Below, one piece after another: positions 9,052 to 18,952 of a stretch of 56,427 nucleotides of DNA. Numbering within the stretch: position 1 is the first letter of the stretch; the number at the start of each line of letters is the position of its first letter. Source of the DNA: Armatimonadota bacterium (lineage in GTDB: Bacteria; Armatimonadota; UBA5829; DTLH01); assembly GCA_016190935.1 (NCBI GenBank), contig JACPPP010000133.1, positions 1-56,427 of the forward strand. Direction: 5' to 3'. The notes beneath the pieces are model-generated. The model saw nothing but the letters and a program-made list of their open reading frames with translations. It did no database searches and was not told where the DNA came from. The position numbers and the translations under genes are program-made.

Positions 9052-10368
9052 CTATCCTCTTACAGCCGTCTCTTCCTCTTCGCAGGCTTTGCATGCAGCA
9101 ACGGCAGCCCGATCGGTGAAAGACTTGTTGAAGACAGGTTTCTCTTCATAAGGACCCAATACGTCTTCAACAATCCGAGCAAATTCAGTCTCTGTGAGCA
9201 GTTCCCTCTTTCCCAGGGCAAGCTCCTTGACTCTGGCAAGGATGTCCATGCTCTGATCATCCGTCGCGGTCCGGCTCATTCTCTCAAGCCAGAGGTTGGT
9301 GGTGTAGGTACCGCTCTTCTTTCCTAGCACAAAGTCCATTGGTGGCTGGCCCACGAGCGCAGGGTTATAGGAATACATAATCCCGAAGTCTCCGGCTTTC
9401 GCAGCGTTCACAGCGAACATCACACCAGCGCCGGACTCCATTTTGAAAACACGCTCGCCGAGGAATGGACGGTTCACGGGAATGGCGTGGCCGTTAGCGA
9501 TATCGCAGACGAATTCTGCTGTTTCCACCATCTTTTCAGTTCGTATCCCCACGTCCTTGTTGTAGAGGCACTTGAGCGACATAACGACATCCTCGATGGG
9601 TGTGTTGCCGGCGCCCTCACCGATTCCGCAGACAGTCACGTGCGCCACGTCGGCTCCCGCCGCCAGAGCCGCAATTGTGTTTGGAACGCCAAGTCCGAAG
9701 TTCATGTGGAAGTGCGCCTCCACGGGCTGCTTGAACCTTGCCTTGATCCGCCTCATCATAGCTCTCGCAGCCTCTGGTGTGGCACACCCGAACGTGTCGG
9801 CGATTACGAACGAGTCCATGTGGCCGTTGGTGGCGACCTCATCGACCATATCCAGCAGCGCATCGATTTCGGCCCTGGTGCCGTCGATGGTAAAGAACGC
9901 GGTATATAGGCCCAATTCCTTGGCAGCGATGGTGGCGTCAATGGCGGCTTTCTTTGCCCAGTCGAAGGTCTTGCCATAGGCTTTCTCCACGAACTCCTGG
10001 TTTGCGGCTATCTCCATCACGATGCCGTCGCAGCCGGCTTGTGCCGCCATCTGTACATCGCTCACCATACATCGAGCGAATGAGAATATCCTGGGGCCCA
10101 GGTTCATATCCACTATCGACTTCACCGCATACTCATCTTCCGCGGATACAGCGGGCATACCGGCCTCGATACGGTGAACTCCCAGCGCAGCCAGCTTCTT
10201 CGCTATCTCGATCTTGTCCTGCGCGGTAAAGACCACTCCGGTCTCCTGTTCGCCGTCGCGCAGCGTAACATCGTGAATCAGGATATTCTCCGCAAACTCA
10301 AAGTCACCGGTGACTTCTGGGTAGTAGTTCCATGGGCTGACGTACCATCTGGCATTCCTATGTAGCAT
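9052..10368 (-). CDS. HMGL-like / DRE-TIM metallolyase (pyruvate carboxyltransferase domain; IPMS/citramalate-synthase-like), 438 aa
   Basis: IHDVTLRDGEQ motif followed by a TIM-barrel pattern (HFHMNFGLGVPNTIAALAAGADVAHVTVCGIGEGAGN). Strong AAGGAG RBS. Exact reaction unknown. Confidence 0.7.
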   Translation of the reverse strand: MLHRNARWYVSPWNYYPEVTGDFEFAENILIHDVTLRDGEQETGVVFTAQDKIEIAKKLAALGVHRIEAGMPAVSAEDEYAVKSIVDMNLGPRIFSFARCMVSDVQMAAQAGCDGIVMEIAANQEFVEKAYGKTFDWAKKAAIDATIAAKELGLYTAFFTIDGTRAEIDALLDMVDEVATNGHMDSFVIADTFGCATPEAARAMMRRIKARFKQPVEAHFHMNFGLGVPNTIAALAAGADVAHVTVCGIGEGAGNTPIEDVVMSLKCLYNKDVGIRTEKMVETAEFVCDIANGHAIPVNRPFLGERVFKMESGAGVMFAVNAAKAGDFGIMYSYNPALVGQPPMDFVLGKKSGTYTTNLWLERMSRTATDDQSMDILARVKELALGKRELLTETEFARIVEDVLGPYEEKPVFNKSFTDRAAVAACKACEEEETAVRG

Positions 10369-10406
10369 AAAGCTCTCCTTTCCTTTCCGTAATTGATACC
10401 AAGCAT

Positions 10407-11363
10407 CTATGTCAGAGCGGACCGCGGACGTTTACCCTGGAGGAAATCTCTCGCTGCTTCGGCAACTTTGATTTGCAGCGTCTCGACTGCCTTCTCGGAC
10501 ACGGCCGCGCAGTGGCTCGTCAGAATGATGTTCGATAGTCTGCGCAGAGGGCTGTCCATCGGTAGTGGCTCGACTTTGAACACGTCAAGTCCCGCACCCG
10601 CAAGTTTGCCTGACTCTAACGCGTTGAACAGATCAGCTTCATTGATAATCGGCCCCCGAGAGGTATTCACGACGAGCGCTCCTGGCTTCATCTTACCAAT
10701 TGTCTCACGGTTGATCAGATGGTTGGTCTCCGGCAATAGTGGACAGTGAAGAGAGACTACATCCGAACTGCTCAGCAGTTCTTCGAGGCCAACTTGCTCG
10801 ACGCCGAGTTCAGTAAATACCGACGCAGGAACCAGAGGGTCATACGCGATTACCTTGAACAACAGCGCCTGAGCCTTTCTTGCAAGCAACCTGGCAATGT
10901 TTCCTAAACCCACCAGCCCCAGCGTCATGTCTGATAGTGCCGGAATTGGCCTAAACTGGTTGATGTCCCAACCGCCCCGAAGGATGCTGTTGTGATCGTG
11001 TGGTATCCGTCTTGCCAGGGAGAGGATCATCGCAAGCGCGTGGTTTGAGACTTCTTCGATGCAGAAATCAGGCACGTTGCAAGCCGTGACTCCAAGCTCC
11101 TTGCACGCTTCAAGATCAAGGTTATTCACTCCAATACCATAACGAACAAGACACTTGACCCGTGGCAAAGCATCGAGGACTCTTCTGGTGATGGGCGCCC
11201 ACTGCACTAGAAGAACATCCGCATCGCCGCAGTTCCTAATGACATCGTCCTCGGTCTTACAGTCGGGCTTTGCCTCGCGCAACTCGAAGCCAGCGTCCTT
11301 GAGAATCTTTCGCTCCTTGTCCACGGAAGGCAGATTATAATCGGTAACGACAACATTTCCCAT
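10407..11363 (-). CDS. D-isomer-specific 2-hydroxyacid dehydrogenase family, paralogue of 3783-4763
   Basis: Collinear with 3783-4763 (e.g. VKCLVRYGIGVNNLDLEACKELGVTACNVPDFCIEEVSNHALAMILSLARRIPHDH). Start set at the ATG at 11363 (MGNVVVTDY), not the 40-codon upstream extension in the ORF track. Confidence 0.8.
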   Translation of the reverse strand: MGNVVVTDYNLPSVDKERKILKDAGFELREAKPDCKTEDDVIRNCGDADVLLVQWAPITRRVLDALPRVKCLVRYGIGVNNLDLEACKELGVTACNVPDFCIEEVSNHALAMILSLARRIPHDHNSILRGGWDINQFRPIPALSDMTLGLVGLGNIARLLARKAQALLFKVIAYDPLVPASVFTELGVEQVGLEELLSSSDVVSLHCPLLPETNHLINRETIGKMKPGALVVNTSRGPIINEADLFNALESGKLAGAGLDVFKVEPLPMDSPLRRLSNIILTSHCAAVSEKAVETLQIKVAEAARDFLQGKRPRSALT

Positions 11364-11413
11364 AACAACACCTCGACGAAGATTAGCTAATTTGCAGTAA
11401 TTGCATAGCCTCT

Positions 11414-12469
11414 TCAAACCTCCGACGACAGCAGGATGTGTGCAACTTCCATCACCGCCTCGCGGGGCCCACGGTAAGCCCAAACCTGCGACTCATCGTT
11501 ATACCTCAGCCGCCCGGTTTCCGCTCCTACCGCCGGAGCATGATACTCCAGTTCGCTGAAACTCCACTGGTCAACATTGACATTGCACGCCTGAATGCAA
11601 TATCCGAGATCGTCCGCTTCATCCCAGGGAGCATCGACATAATCACCCGATGGATTGATGTAGAAATTGCGAATCACCAGTGCCCATTCGCCATTTGGGC
11701 ACTCATAGAAATATCCAACCCTGCCGGGAGTATCCGCCGCGCGAAGTCCTATTTTTTGCCCGCCGGCTGCCCGCATTCTATACCTCACGAGGTGATCCCC
11801 AGCGGAAATGTCTTCTGCTTCAACCACGCCGAAGTAGATCTTCGGATCCGTTCTTGAAAATGTGGGAACAAGCAAATCTCCGCCGTTGGGCATCTGAAGC
11901 AGATTCCAGATGCTCACTGAGACGCTTGAGTCACTTGCATTCACGATTTCCAACGCTGTGCGTAGCGAGTATCCGGCATATTGGATACCTGTTGTTCGTA
12001 CTATGGCATGTTCGTATCTGAGTGGATCTGGGGCAGAATAAATCGTTTTGGTCATAGCAAGCTCTATGGAAAATCCGCTCCGCGAAGCTCGTAGAGTTAA
12101 TCGGTTGAGCATTTCTAAAGCTTCGCCCTTTTTCTCGACCTGGTAATCACCAGGGTCAAGCTGCCGTGGCTGCCAGTATTCCTTAACTACAGGAGGAAAG
12201 TTTGGGAAGAAGAAATCAAGTTCCGGCGAAAGCCACGTGCGGTCTCCACCCGAGTTGTGCCAATCCTTGCTTTGGTAGAATGCCCGCGCGGTTTCGACGG
12301 ATCCCAGGGCCGGGTTGGTCCAGAGGAAGTTGGTCTCATCTTTCGGCGCGAATAGCCCGAGAACTCTGCCGCCGTATGGCAGTACGAGAATCTCACTTCC
12401 GTCGGGAGCCTGCAGCACATGCGTAGACTTGCCAACCGCCTTCAAAACCCTAATTAAGTGATTGTTCAC
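11414..12469 (-). CDS. Conserved-looking protein of unknown function, 351 aa; no motif I can assign (possibly a mutarotase-like beta-sandwich)
   Basis: Long ORF embedded in the operon. GTG start at 12469 preceded by AAAGGAGGAG. No signal peptide or TM segment. The string DWHNSGGDRTWLSPE only vaguely recalls aldose-epimerase-like DUFs. Confidence 0.55.
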   Translation of the reverse strand: MNNHLIRVLKAVGKSTHVLQAPDGSEILVLPYGGRVLGLFAPKDETNFLWTNPALGSVETARAFYQSKDWHNSGGDRTWLSPELDFFFPNFPPVVKEYWQPRQLDPGDYQVEKKGEALEMLNRLTLRASRSGFSIELAMTKTIYSAPDPLRYEHAIVRTTGIQYAGYSLRTALEIVNASDSSVSVSIWNLLQMPNGGDLLVPTFSRTDPKIYFGVVEAEDISAGDHLVRYRMRAAGGQKIGLRAADTPGRVGYFYECPNGEWALVIRNFYINPSGDYVDAPWDEADDLGYCIQACNVNVDQWSFSELEYHAPAVGAETGRLRYNDESQVWAYRGPREAVMEVAHILLSSEV

Positions 12470-12509
12470 TCTCTTCTCCTCCTTTTCAAGCTGAAGCGAA
12501 GTTGAAAAT

Positions 12510-13547
12510 CTAGCTCTTAGCCAGCGTGTCTCCGAAAGCCATAACAGCAGCAGCGGTGACAAGGGTGGCAATCGCAAGGTACATCTGCCATCTTGGTGTT
12601 CCGGCCACGCCGCGCCACTCGCCACTCGCAAACCCGACCGCCTGTCCGCCGATTATTTGCGCTGCCTGCTGCATCCCAAATCCAATCGAAGCCCCCAGCG
12701 CGCCCAGCAAAAGCATCCCCCTGCCCATAAGGACAATCGCCAATGTGAATTGAACCCCGATAACCGCCGCCAGCGCGATCTCGTTTTTGCACTCCCAAAG
12801 CACATTCCACGATCTTCGCTTGCTCATCAGATAAGCGGGATATGCAATGTTGATAATGCTGCCTCCAACCAGTCCTGCCGCCCATACGGCGAAGTTCGCG
12901 GGTATCTCCCCGGCACCGTTGATCTTCATTGCCTCAACTATCGGTCCCTGACCGTATACGAACGAGAAGCTGATGCCGGCAGATAGGATTCCGCCGATGG
13001 CGCTCATTATTAGTCCCAGCAGAAACCCTCCAGACTTCTTCTGCACAGACTTGAACACGCGGTCCCGTCCGAATCCAGCCAAGGCGACAAGCACTACTCC
13101 AAGCAGCATAATGCCTACGCCAATTAGCACGATGTGGCCAGCGGGAGATCCAAGACCGGCAGCATCATTGAACAGGCCAGATCCCTTTACCACCATAGGC
13201 AGAGTAACACCGATTGAGACACCCACCGCGGTTAGAATGGCCGTAGTAAGTCCAATTCCGATGCGAGCAATGCACAAACCTCCGAGCACACTCGCCACTC
13301 CCCATCCTATTGCAAACAGGTTCGACTTCAGCAGGTCCATTAACGGAACACTGTGATATGCTGCGATGGCATTCGGGCAGAAGAGCAGCGTGGTCGTCCA
13401 GGGGACTATTATCAGCCCAACAAACATAGCTACGAAGAACCAATGCTCGAACTGAAACCTGCGCATGACTTTCACAGGCCAGTAGACGCTTCCCATGGCC
13501 AGTCCCGCGAATGTCACAACCAAAGCACCCAATAATGTAGGCGTCAT
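12510..13547 (-). CDS. RhaT-type (L-rhamnose/H+ symporter family) sugar permease, about 10 TM, 345 aa
   Basis: Length, hydrophobicity pattern and several local matches to E. coli RhaT as I remember it (central charged loop, GISFSF versus GMSFAM, C-terminal GEW versus KEW). Substrate not inferable. Confidence 0.55.
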   Translation of the reverse strand: MTPTLLGALVVTFAGLAMGSVYWPVKVMRRFQFEHWFFVAMFVGLIIVPWTTTLLFCPNAIAAYHSVPLMDLLKSNLFAIGWGVASVLGGLCIARIGIGLTTAILTAVGVSIGVTLPMVVKGSGLFNDAAGLGSPAGHIVLIGVGIMLLGVVLVALAGFGRDRVFKSVQKKSGGFLLGLIMSAIGGILSAGISFSFVYGQGPIVEAMKINGAGEIPANFAVWAAGLVGGSIINIAYPAYLMSKRRSWNVLWECKNEIALAAVIGVQFTLAIVLMGRGMLLLGALGASIGFGMQQAAQIIGGQAVGFASGEWRGVAGTPRWQMYLAIATLVTAAAVMAFGDTLAKS

Positions 13548-13571
13548 ATCATCAGAATCCTTTCACTGCTT

Positions 13572-14054
13572 TCAAGCTCTGCGTCCCGGACGCTGTACAA
13601 TCTCGACAATTGCTCCGCCTGTACCACGAATGTCGAGGTGTGCACAACCGCCCTGCTCCGTCCGGGCCATGAACAGCACATCAATACCAACCTGTTTGCA
13701 GTGTGCCAGCCTTGAGTCAAGATCTTTTACATCGAACGCTATATGGTGAAGCCCCTCCCCCTTTTCCTCGAGGAAATCGAAGTAATACTGTGGTCCAGTA
13801 ACAGGCTCGATGAACTCTAACTCTACAGGCCCGAGCGAGCAAAACGCCAGTTTCCATTCCGGCACTGGTATTGGCTCTCCACCGCAATACATCTCCGTGA
13901 AACGAATGCTCGGTCGAACGAATGGCCCAAGGCCGAACACAGTTTCGTAGTATTCGATCACGCGCTCGACGCCGTGGACCACCATTGCGATTTGGCTCAC
14001 ATCCGGCAATTCCAGAGCCGATTTGAGATCGTCATTAATACTCAAAGCATTCAT
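13572..14054 (-). CDS. VOC-family (glyoxalase/bleomycin-resistance/dioxygenase fold; epimerase-like) protein
   Basis: VSQIAMVVHGVERVIEYYETVFGLGPF ... GEGLHHIAFDVKDLD pattern. ATG at 14054 has GGAGG 10 nt upstream. An alternative GTG at 14063 overlaps the ADH stop. Confidence 0.7.
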   Translation of the reverse strand: MNALSINDDLKSALELPDVSQIAMVVHGVERVIEYYETVFGLGPFVRPSIRFTEMYCGGEPIPVPEWKLAFCSLGPVELEFIEPVTGPQYYFDFLEEKGEGLHHIAFDVKDLDSRLAHCKQVGIDVLFMARTEQGGCAHLDIRGTGGAIVEIVQRPGRRA

Positions 14055-14059
14055 AGGTG

Positions 14060-15100
14060 TCACGCCTCCATTTCGATCATAATCTTGATCTTGGTATCAT
14101 TGTTAGTCTTCATTTCCTTCAGAGCCTCGGCGGCCTGTTCCAACGTGCACCGGTGCGTAATAATCGAAGACATGTCAAGCATCCCACTTTCCATAAGTCT
14201 GAGGACAGGCTTGAACATCCCCAGGCTGCCAGGCACCGGTTTGATCGTCACATCTCCAAACACAAGACTGTCGATGTTGAACTCTGCAAGCGGCTTATCA
14301 TAGAATGCCACCACCGACATCACTCCTCCGGGACGAGTGAGACCTATCGATTCTTTGAACAATTCTGTTGAACCCGATGCCTCAATTACACGATCGACAC
14401 CATGCGCCCCTACCAAAGCTCTTACGGTCTCGCCCAGTGGCTCTCTTGTCACATTGATGGCATTGTCGATGCCCATCGTCAATGACAGATCAAGCTTATA
14501 GTCTTTGCGACCGGTAATGATCACTTTGCTCGCTCCGTGAAGCTTGGCGAGTTTCGCTGCCGCAATCCCGATTGGCCCCGTACCTTGGACCAGCACCGTG
14601 TCACCGATTTGCATATCGGTGAGCATCAACGACAACAGTCCTGTGGCAACAGGTTCCACAAGCGCGCCGTTGTCGAAGCTGACACCGTCGGGAAGGCGAA
14701 ACATGTGCCGAGCGGGCATCAGGATATATTCAGCCCAGCCGCCGTCCCAGGTAAGCACTGTTCCTACGGCGCGCAACTCCTTGCAGTGGTTATACTGACC
14801 CATAAGGCACTCATAGCACATGCCGCACGAAACCGCCGTGTCACCGACTACTCTGTCACCCGGCTGTAAACCCTTCACGTCCGACCCCACTGATTCGACT
14901 ATCCCAGACCACTCGTGCCCTGGTGTCATCGGAAACCTGACCATACCGATAAATGACGCTTCTCCGCTGTAGATTGAGTAGTCAGTGCCGCATATTCCGG
15001 CACGCGCGACACGGCAGACAACATCCCCCGGTCTGGGTTCAGGAGTCGGAACATCCATCAGCCTAACATCTTTTGGAGCGTAGAATCTCACTGCACGCAT
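14060..15100 (-). CDS. Zn-dependent medium-chain alcohol/polyol dehydrogenase (sorbitol/threonine-DH-like)
   Basis: GICGTDYSIYSGE, GHEWSG, the structural-Zn Cys cluster (CGMCYECLMGQYNHC) and the GTGPIG Rossmann motif. Perfect AAGGAGG RBS. Confidence 0.85.
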   Translation of the reverse strand: MRAVRFYAPKDVRLMDVPTPEPRPGDVVCRVARAGICGTDYSIYSGEASFIGMVRFPMTPGHEWSGIVESVGSDVKGLQPGDRVVGDTAVSCGMCYECLMGQYNHCKELRAVGTVLTWDGGWAEYILMPARHMFRLPDGVSFDNGALVEPVATGLLSLMLTDMQIGDTVLVQGTGPIGIAAAKLAKLHGASKVIITGRKDYKLDLSLTMGIDNAINVTREPLGETVRALVGAHGVDRVIEASGSTELFKESIGLTRPGGVMSVVAFYDKPLAEFNIDSLVFGDVTIKPVPGSLGMFKPVLRLMESGMLDMSSIITHRCTLEQAAEALKEMKTNNDTKIKIMIEMEA

Positions 15101-16376
15101 TTTCCCCTCCTTTTATCTCGCTTGCCTCTCCGCACCAGTTCCGAACGAACTCAAAGAGCACGTGGGCCGCCAATCCTATATCGTTAACTCTAACTTGCTC
15201 ATTCTTTGAATGAGCGAGCGCCAACTCGCCACAGCCGAAGACCACTACGGGCATCCCCAGATGGCTGGCATAGAACCATGAGTCCGTACCGCAAGTCAGG
15301 ACAGCAGACTCTGGTGTCACCCCTGCCCGCTCGCAGGCAGACAACATAGACACGACGAGCGGATGGTCCACCGGCGTAACAGCGGAATCGTGTGCGAGTG
15401 TAAATTCGATATCCACGTGCCTCATAATGTCGTCGCCACAGCCGGCTTGCAGCGACTCAATCATTTCCCTTTTAATGTCCTCCTTCGTCTTGTTTGGCAG
15501 GAACCCGATGACACCTTCAAGCACCGCTCTATCGGGCACCATCGCCGGCCAATCCCCCGCCGATAGCCGACCTAGGGTAAGCGGCATCGGGTTCTCGAAG
15601 CCATCATACGGCGGTGTTCCACGAGACACAGCCAGAAGCTCTGTGTGATAACTTCTCAACACCTCCATGACTCTCACCGCCATATCTAACGCACTCTGGG
15701 TTTTGGCTGCAGATCCACTGTGCGCGGCCGTACCGTGGCAAGTAATCCGGAACCACAGTGTGCCTCGGCACGCTGTCACAACCTTGAGGTTTGTCGGCTC
15801 CATAACAATCGCGCCATCCGCGGGAGACGATGCGCGTACCATACTGAGCGAGCCATTTCCACCATTCTCCTCCTCCACAACTAGGTGAACAATGAGATCT
15901 CCATCCAGCTTTGTGCTCGTTGCCTTGATCGCAGAAAGTAGAACATATATTACAGCCACCTGGCCTTTATCATCGCACGCTCCCCTGCCGTAGACAATCC
16001 CGTCTACCGACTGGGGATCGTACGAGTTCTCTTGTCCTTTGCTTAGCGGAACCGTATCAAGATGAGCATTTAGGATTAGCGACTTGCCCGGTCCGCAGCC
16101 TCGGAGCCTTAAACGAAGATTATGTCTTCCTTTGTATCTAATATTGGGAATCGGGCTTGCATAGTCCTTTTCATCGCGAATCGAGTCGTCAAGTGGAACC
16201 AGTTCCACATCATCGGCCAGATTCGCGAATGCTCTAGCGCAATAGTCAACCACACGGTCTTCGGAGCCCGAGATTGACGATAAAGAGATCAGGTCGCACA
16301 AGAACGTTTCCGCATCCGGCAACAAACCGTCTATTATTGACTTGGCCAAATCATCAGCCGTCTTCAACACTACCAT
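15063..16376 (-). CDS. M20-family metallopeptidase / N-acyl-amino-compound deacylase (ArgE/DapE-like)
   Basis: NAHLDTVP, GRGACDDKG and VVEEENGGNGS metal-ligand motifs. 38-nt overlap with the ADH gene. Confidence 0.8.
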   Translation of the reverse strand: MVVLKTADDLAKSIIDGLLPDAETFLCDLISLSSISGSEDRVVDYCARAFANLADDVELVPLDDSIRDEKDYASPIPNIRYKGRHNLRLRLRGCGPGKSLILNAHLDTVPLSKGQENSYDPQSVDGIVYGRGACDDKGQVAVIYVLLSAIKATSTKLDGDLIVHLVVEEENGGNGSLSMVRASSPADGAIVMEPTNLKVVTACRGTLWFRITCHGTAAHSGSAAKTQSALDMAVRVMEVLRSYHTELLAVSRGTPPYDGFENPMPLTLGRLSAGDWPAMVPDRAVLEGVIGFLPNKTKEDIKREMIESLQAGCGDDIMRHVDIEFTLAHDSAVTPVDHPLVVSMLSACERAGVTPESAVLTCGTDSWFYASHLGMPVVVFGCGELALAHSKNEQVRVNDIGLAAHVLFEFVRNWCGEASEIKGGENACSEILRSKRC

Positions 16377-16377
16377 C

Positions 16378-17706
16378 CTACAGCGACAACAGCACGCCTT
16401 CCATTATGTCGAGACTCTCTTCGGCTTCCTCTTCATTGATAACAAGCGGCGGTCCCACACGGATTACATTGCCGAATATGCCGACTCTACCAACCAGCAA
16501 CCCGTTATTGGCACACCTGACGATTATCTCCTTGGCAAGTTCCGGCGTGGGCTCCTTTGTATTCTTGTCGGCAACGATCTCGAGTCCCATCACCAGTCCC
16601 TTTCCCCTCACATCGCCGACGCACCTTGATTGCTCGGCTATCCAAGTAAGGCATTCCTTCATCATGTTACCTATCTTGCGGGCATTGTCGGGTAATCTCT
16701 CAGACTTCATGACCTCCAACACCGCAATGACGGCGGCACTCGATAGCGGGTTTCCCCCTGCGGTGCTACTCATCTCTCCTGGTCCTAATGCACCGACTAC
16801 GCTGCTTTTCATTAGGACAGCGGAAGTGGGAACTCCGCTTCCAATGCCCTTGCCGAGACAAACAATGTCAGGCGTCACATTCTCCCATTCCATCGCCCAC
16901 ATCTTGCCGGTCCTTCCATATGATGACTGGACCTCGTCTAATGAGAACATTATGCCGTGTGCTCTGGCCCACCTCTCCAACTCGGTCAGCCATCCGTCTG
17001 GTGGAAATATAAATCCGGCAGTCCCAAGATACGGTTCAGCAAGCACACCGGCAAGACTGCCACACGAGTTTGCACGGACCACTTCGTCAAGGAACTCAAG
17101 ACACATTAATCCGCATTTCTCGGGAGTGGACTTGAACGCACATCTGTAACAATAAGGATATGGAGCATGGATCGCCCCCGCTATTGGTGGACCATATCCC
17201 TTTTTCGGCATAGACATCCCACCCACTCCCGCTGCCCCAGGAGTGCGGCCGTGAAAGGCCCCGTGGAATCCGACTATTTCAAAACACCCTGTATAGCGCT
17301 TCATCAGGCGAATTGCCTGCTCGGTCGCCTCGCTGCCCGTTGATAGAAAGAAGCACCTGTCCAGGTGCTCGGGAGTCGTTTGAACCAAAGCTTCGGCGGC
17401 TGCAACGCGGTACTCGTTTGCATATTCGTAGCAGTTCAATATCTTCCCGGCCGCTTCACGCACAGCTTCCACCAATCGAGGATGGCAGTGGCCGACATTC
17501 GCAACAAGCACACCGCTAGTCCAATCGATGAACACGTTGCCGTCAACATCATGCACAATCACTCCCTGGGCACTCTGCCAGGCCACCGGAGCCTGAAAAC
17601 CAAAAGTCTGAGCTTCCGCCTCAGACCAACGTTCTAGCAGTGCTTTCGAATTGGGGCCTGGCAAGGGTGTATTGACTGAAGTGATCCGATCCCTAGATTG
17701 AAGCAT
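16378..17706 (-). CDS. Class-III (omega-) aminotransferase, PLP-dependent
   Basis: GABA/ornithine-AT-like pattern (FIDWTSGVLVANVGHCHPR, FLSTGSEATEQAIR, LDEVQSSYGRTGKMWAMEW). Start chosen at the ATG at 17706 (AAAGGAG 11 nt upstream) rather than the GTG at 17757. Confidence 0.8.
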   Translation of the reverse strand: MLQSRDRITSVNTPLPGPNSKALLERWSEAEAQTFGFQAPVAWQSAQGVIVHDVDGNVFIDWTSGVLVANVGHCHPRLVEAVREAAGKILNCYEYANEYRVAAAEALVQTTPEHLDRCFFLSTGSEATEQAIRLMKRYTGCFEIVGFHGAFHGRTPGAAGVGGMSMPKKGYGPPIAGAIHAPYPYCYRCAFKSTPEKCGLMCLEFLDEVVRANSCGSLAGVLAEPYLGTAGFIFPPDGWLTELERWARAHGIMFSLDEVQSSYGRTGKMWAMEWENVTPDIVCLGKGIGSGVPTSAVLMKSSVVGALGPGEMSSTAGGNPLSSAAVIAVLEVMKSERLPDNARKIGNMMKECLTWIAEQSRCVGDVRGKGLVMGLEIVADKNTKEPTPELAKEIIVRCANNGLLVGRVGIFGNVIRVGPPLVINEEEAEESLDIMEGVLLSL

Positions 17707-18904
17707 CGATACTGCTGCTCCTTTCTGCATTATAGATATGAACCTCTGCGCCTCCACGTTCCGCGGACAGGTATGCCGAGTAGATCGTTGCCGTTACGTC
17801 CACAGCTATGTCCAGGTCCGATTGTGGCTTGCTCCGCTTGTATATACACTCAAGGAAATCTTGCATTTCCGGCTGGTAGCCGATAGTCCAGTATTCATCC
17901 GGCGCCACATTTGACCAGCCTTCCTGAGTGCTGGTCATCTCGAGGAGGTATATGTCCTTGAATCCATCGTCGCCTGGATTGTAGGTATCAAGCAAATTTG
18001 TCGGATTAATACGGCATCTGCTTCGATGGTTATTGGCGAAAACTTCTATGTAATCGTAAGTCCCACCGAGCACAGTTGCTCCCGTCACCACATCGCCGAC
18101 CGTACCATCATCGAACGTCACATGCATCCATCCGTAGTCTTCGACATCGAAGTAATCGCAGCGCAAGAAGCCTTTGTCTCGGTATTCTGGGATCCCGGTC
18201 AACTGGTGAGTTCGCGCCGACACTGTGAGTGGGCATATAGGCCCTGTTCCATTCGCCTGCCCCTCCGCCCTTTTCAGATACAGAAGAACGCCCAAAGGAT
18301 GCGAGCCGGTACTGATCAGCGATCCACCACAAGCGTATTTCCAGAAGCTGGAATACGCGGCAAGATTGCCCTTGTGTGACTCCTCTCCGATCATACGCAG
18401 AATCTGCGCGCCACTCCTGTCTATGAGATCACGCTCTCTCTGAACCGGCGGCGCGTATATGCAGTTTTCGGCGTAGCAGAACACCGACTTGGAGGCTGTA
18501 ACTGCCCGTCGTATTTCCTCAAGGCCTTGCAGCACCTCATCGAGCATCGGCTGTTTCGGAGCGACATTGCCTCTAAACGATTCGGCATCGTCCATAGTCG
18601 GCGCGTAGCCCATCAGTGGTTTCTCGCAGATGATGTCCTTTCCTGCTCCAGCCGCTTGCAGAATGACTTCCTTGTGCGCGTATGGAGGAGTACAGACGTC
18701 GACCACATCCACATGCTCCAACATCTCCTCAATAGTCCTAAACGCCGAAACGCCTCTTTGCTCCGCGAAGGCTCTACTTCTTTCGGGGACGACATCAAGA
18801 ACGCCGACGACTTCAGATCTCACGCCGTAAACGCGTGCTACGCACTCGTGATGATACCCGGCGATGTATCCGGCCCCGGCAACTCCTATCCTGATGGTCT
18901 TCAC
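17693..18904 (-). CDS. Gfo/Idh/MocA-family NAD(P) oxidoreductase, first gene of the operon
   Basis: IRIGVAGAGYIAGYHH N-terminal Rossmann motif and the EKP motif (ICEKPL). Start set at the GTG at 18904 (GGAG 9 nt upstream). The ORF-track start at 18931 would lie inside the operator. Confidence 0.8.
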   Translation of the reverse strand: MKTIRIGVAGAGYIAGYHHECVARVYGVRSEVVGVLDVVPERSRAFAEQRGVSAFRTIEEMLEHVDVVDVCTPPYAHKEVILQAAGAGKDIICEKPLMGYAPTMDDAESFRGNVAPKQPMLDEVLQGLEEIRRAVTASKSVFCYAENCIYAPPVQRERDLIDRSGAQILRMIGEESHKGNLAAYSSFWKYACGGSLISTGSHPLGVLLYLKRAEGQANGTGPICPLTVSARTHQLTGIPEYRDKGFLRCDYFDVEDYGWMHVTFDDGTVGDVVTGATVLGGTYDYIEVFANNHRSRCRINPTNLLDTYNPGDDGFKDIYLLEMTSTQEGWSNVAPDEYWTIGYQPEMQDFLECIYKRSKPQSDLDIAVDVTATIYSAYLSAERGGAEVHIYNAERSSSIDASI

Positions 18905-18926
18905 TTGACTTTTCTCCAAGATTTGT

Positions 18927-18945
18927 GGCACAATCGATTGAGCAT
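18927..18945 (-). promoter_or_regulatory. Candidate LacI-family operator O1 (ATGCTCAATCGATTGTGCC on the minus strand; core palindrome CAATCGATTG)
   Basis: 19/19 identical to 23425-23443. It lies 7 nt downstream of the -10 hexamer of the operon promoter, and a LacI-family gene is divergent. Confidence 0.65.
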
Positions 18946-18952
18946 TACAAGC

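Noticed and set aside
10407-12631. N-terminal extensions in the ORF track: 10407-11483, 11414-12631, 19059-20162, 30475-35160, 40607-44830 and 8006-9094.
   Set aside because: The extensions run through upstream genes or intergenic DNA and lack an RBS. Internal starts with good Shine-Dalgarno spacing sit immediately before the conserved N-termini or signal peptides.
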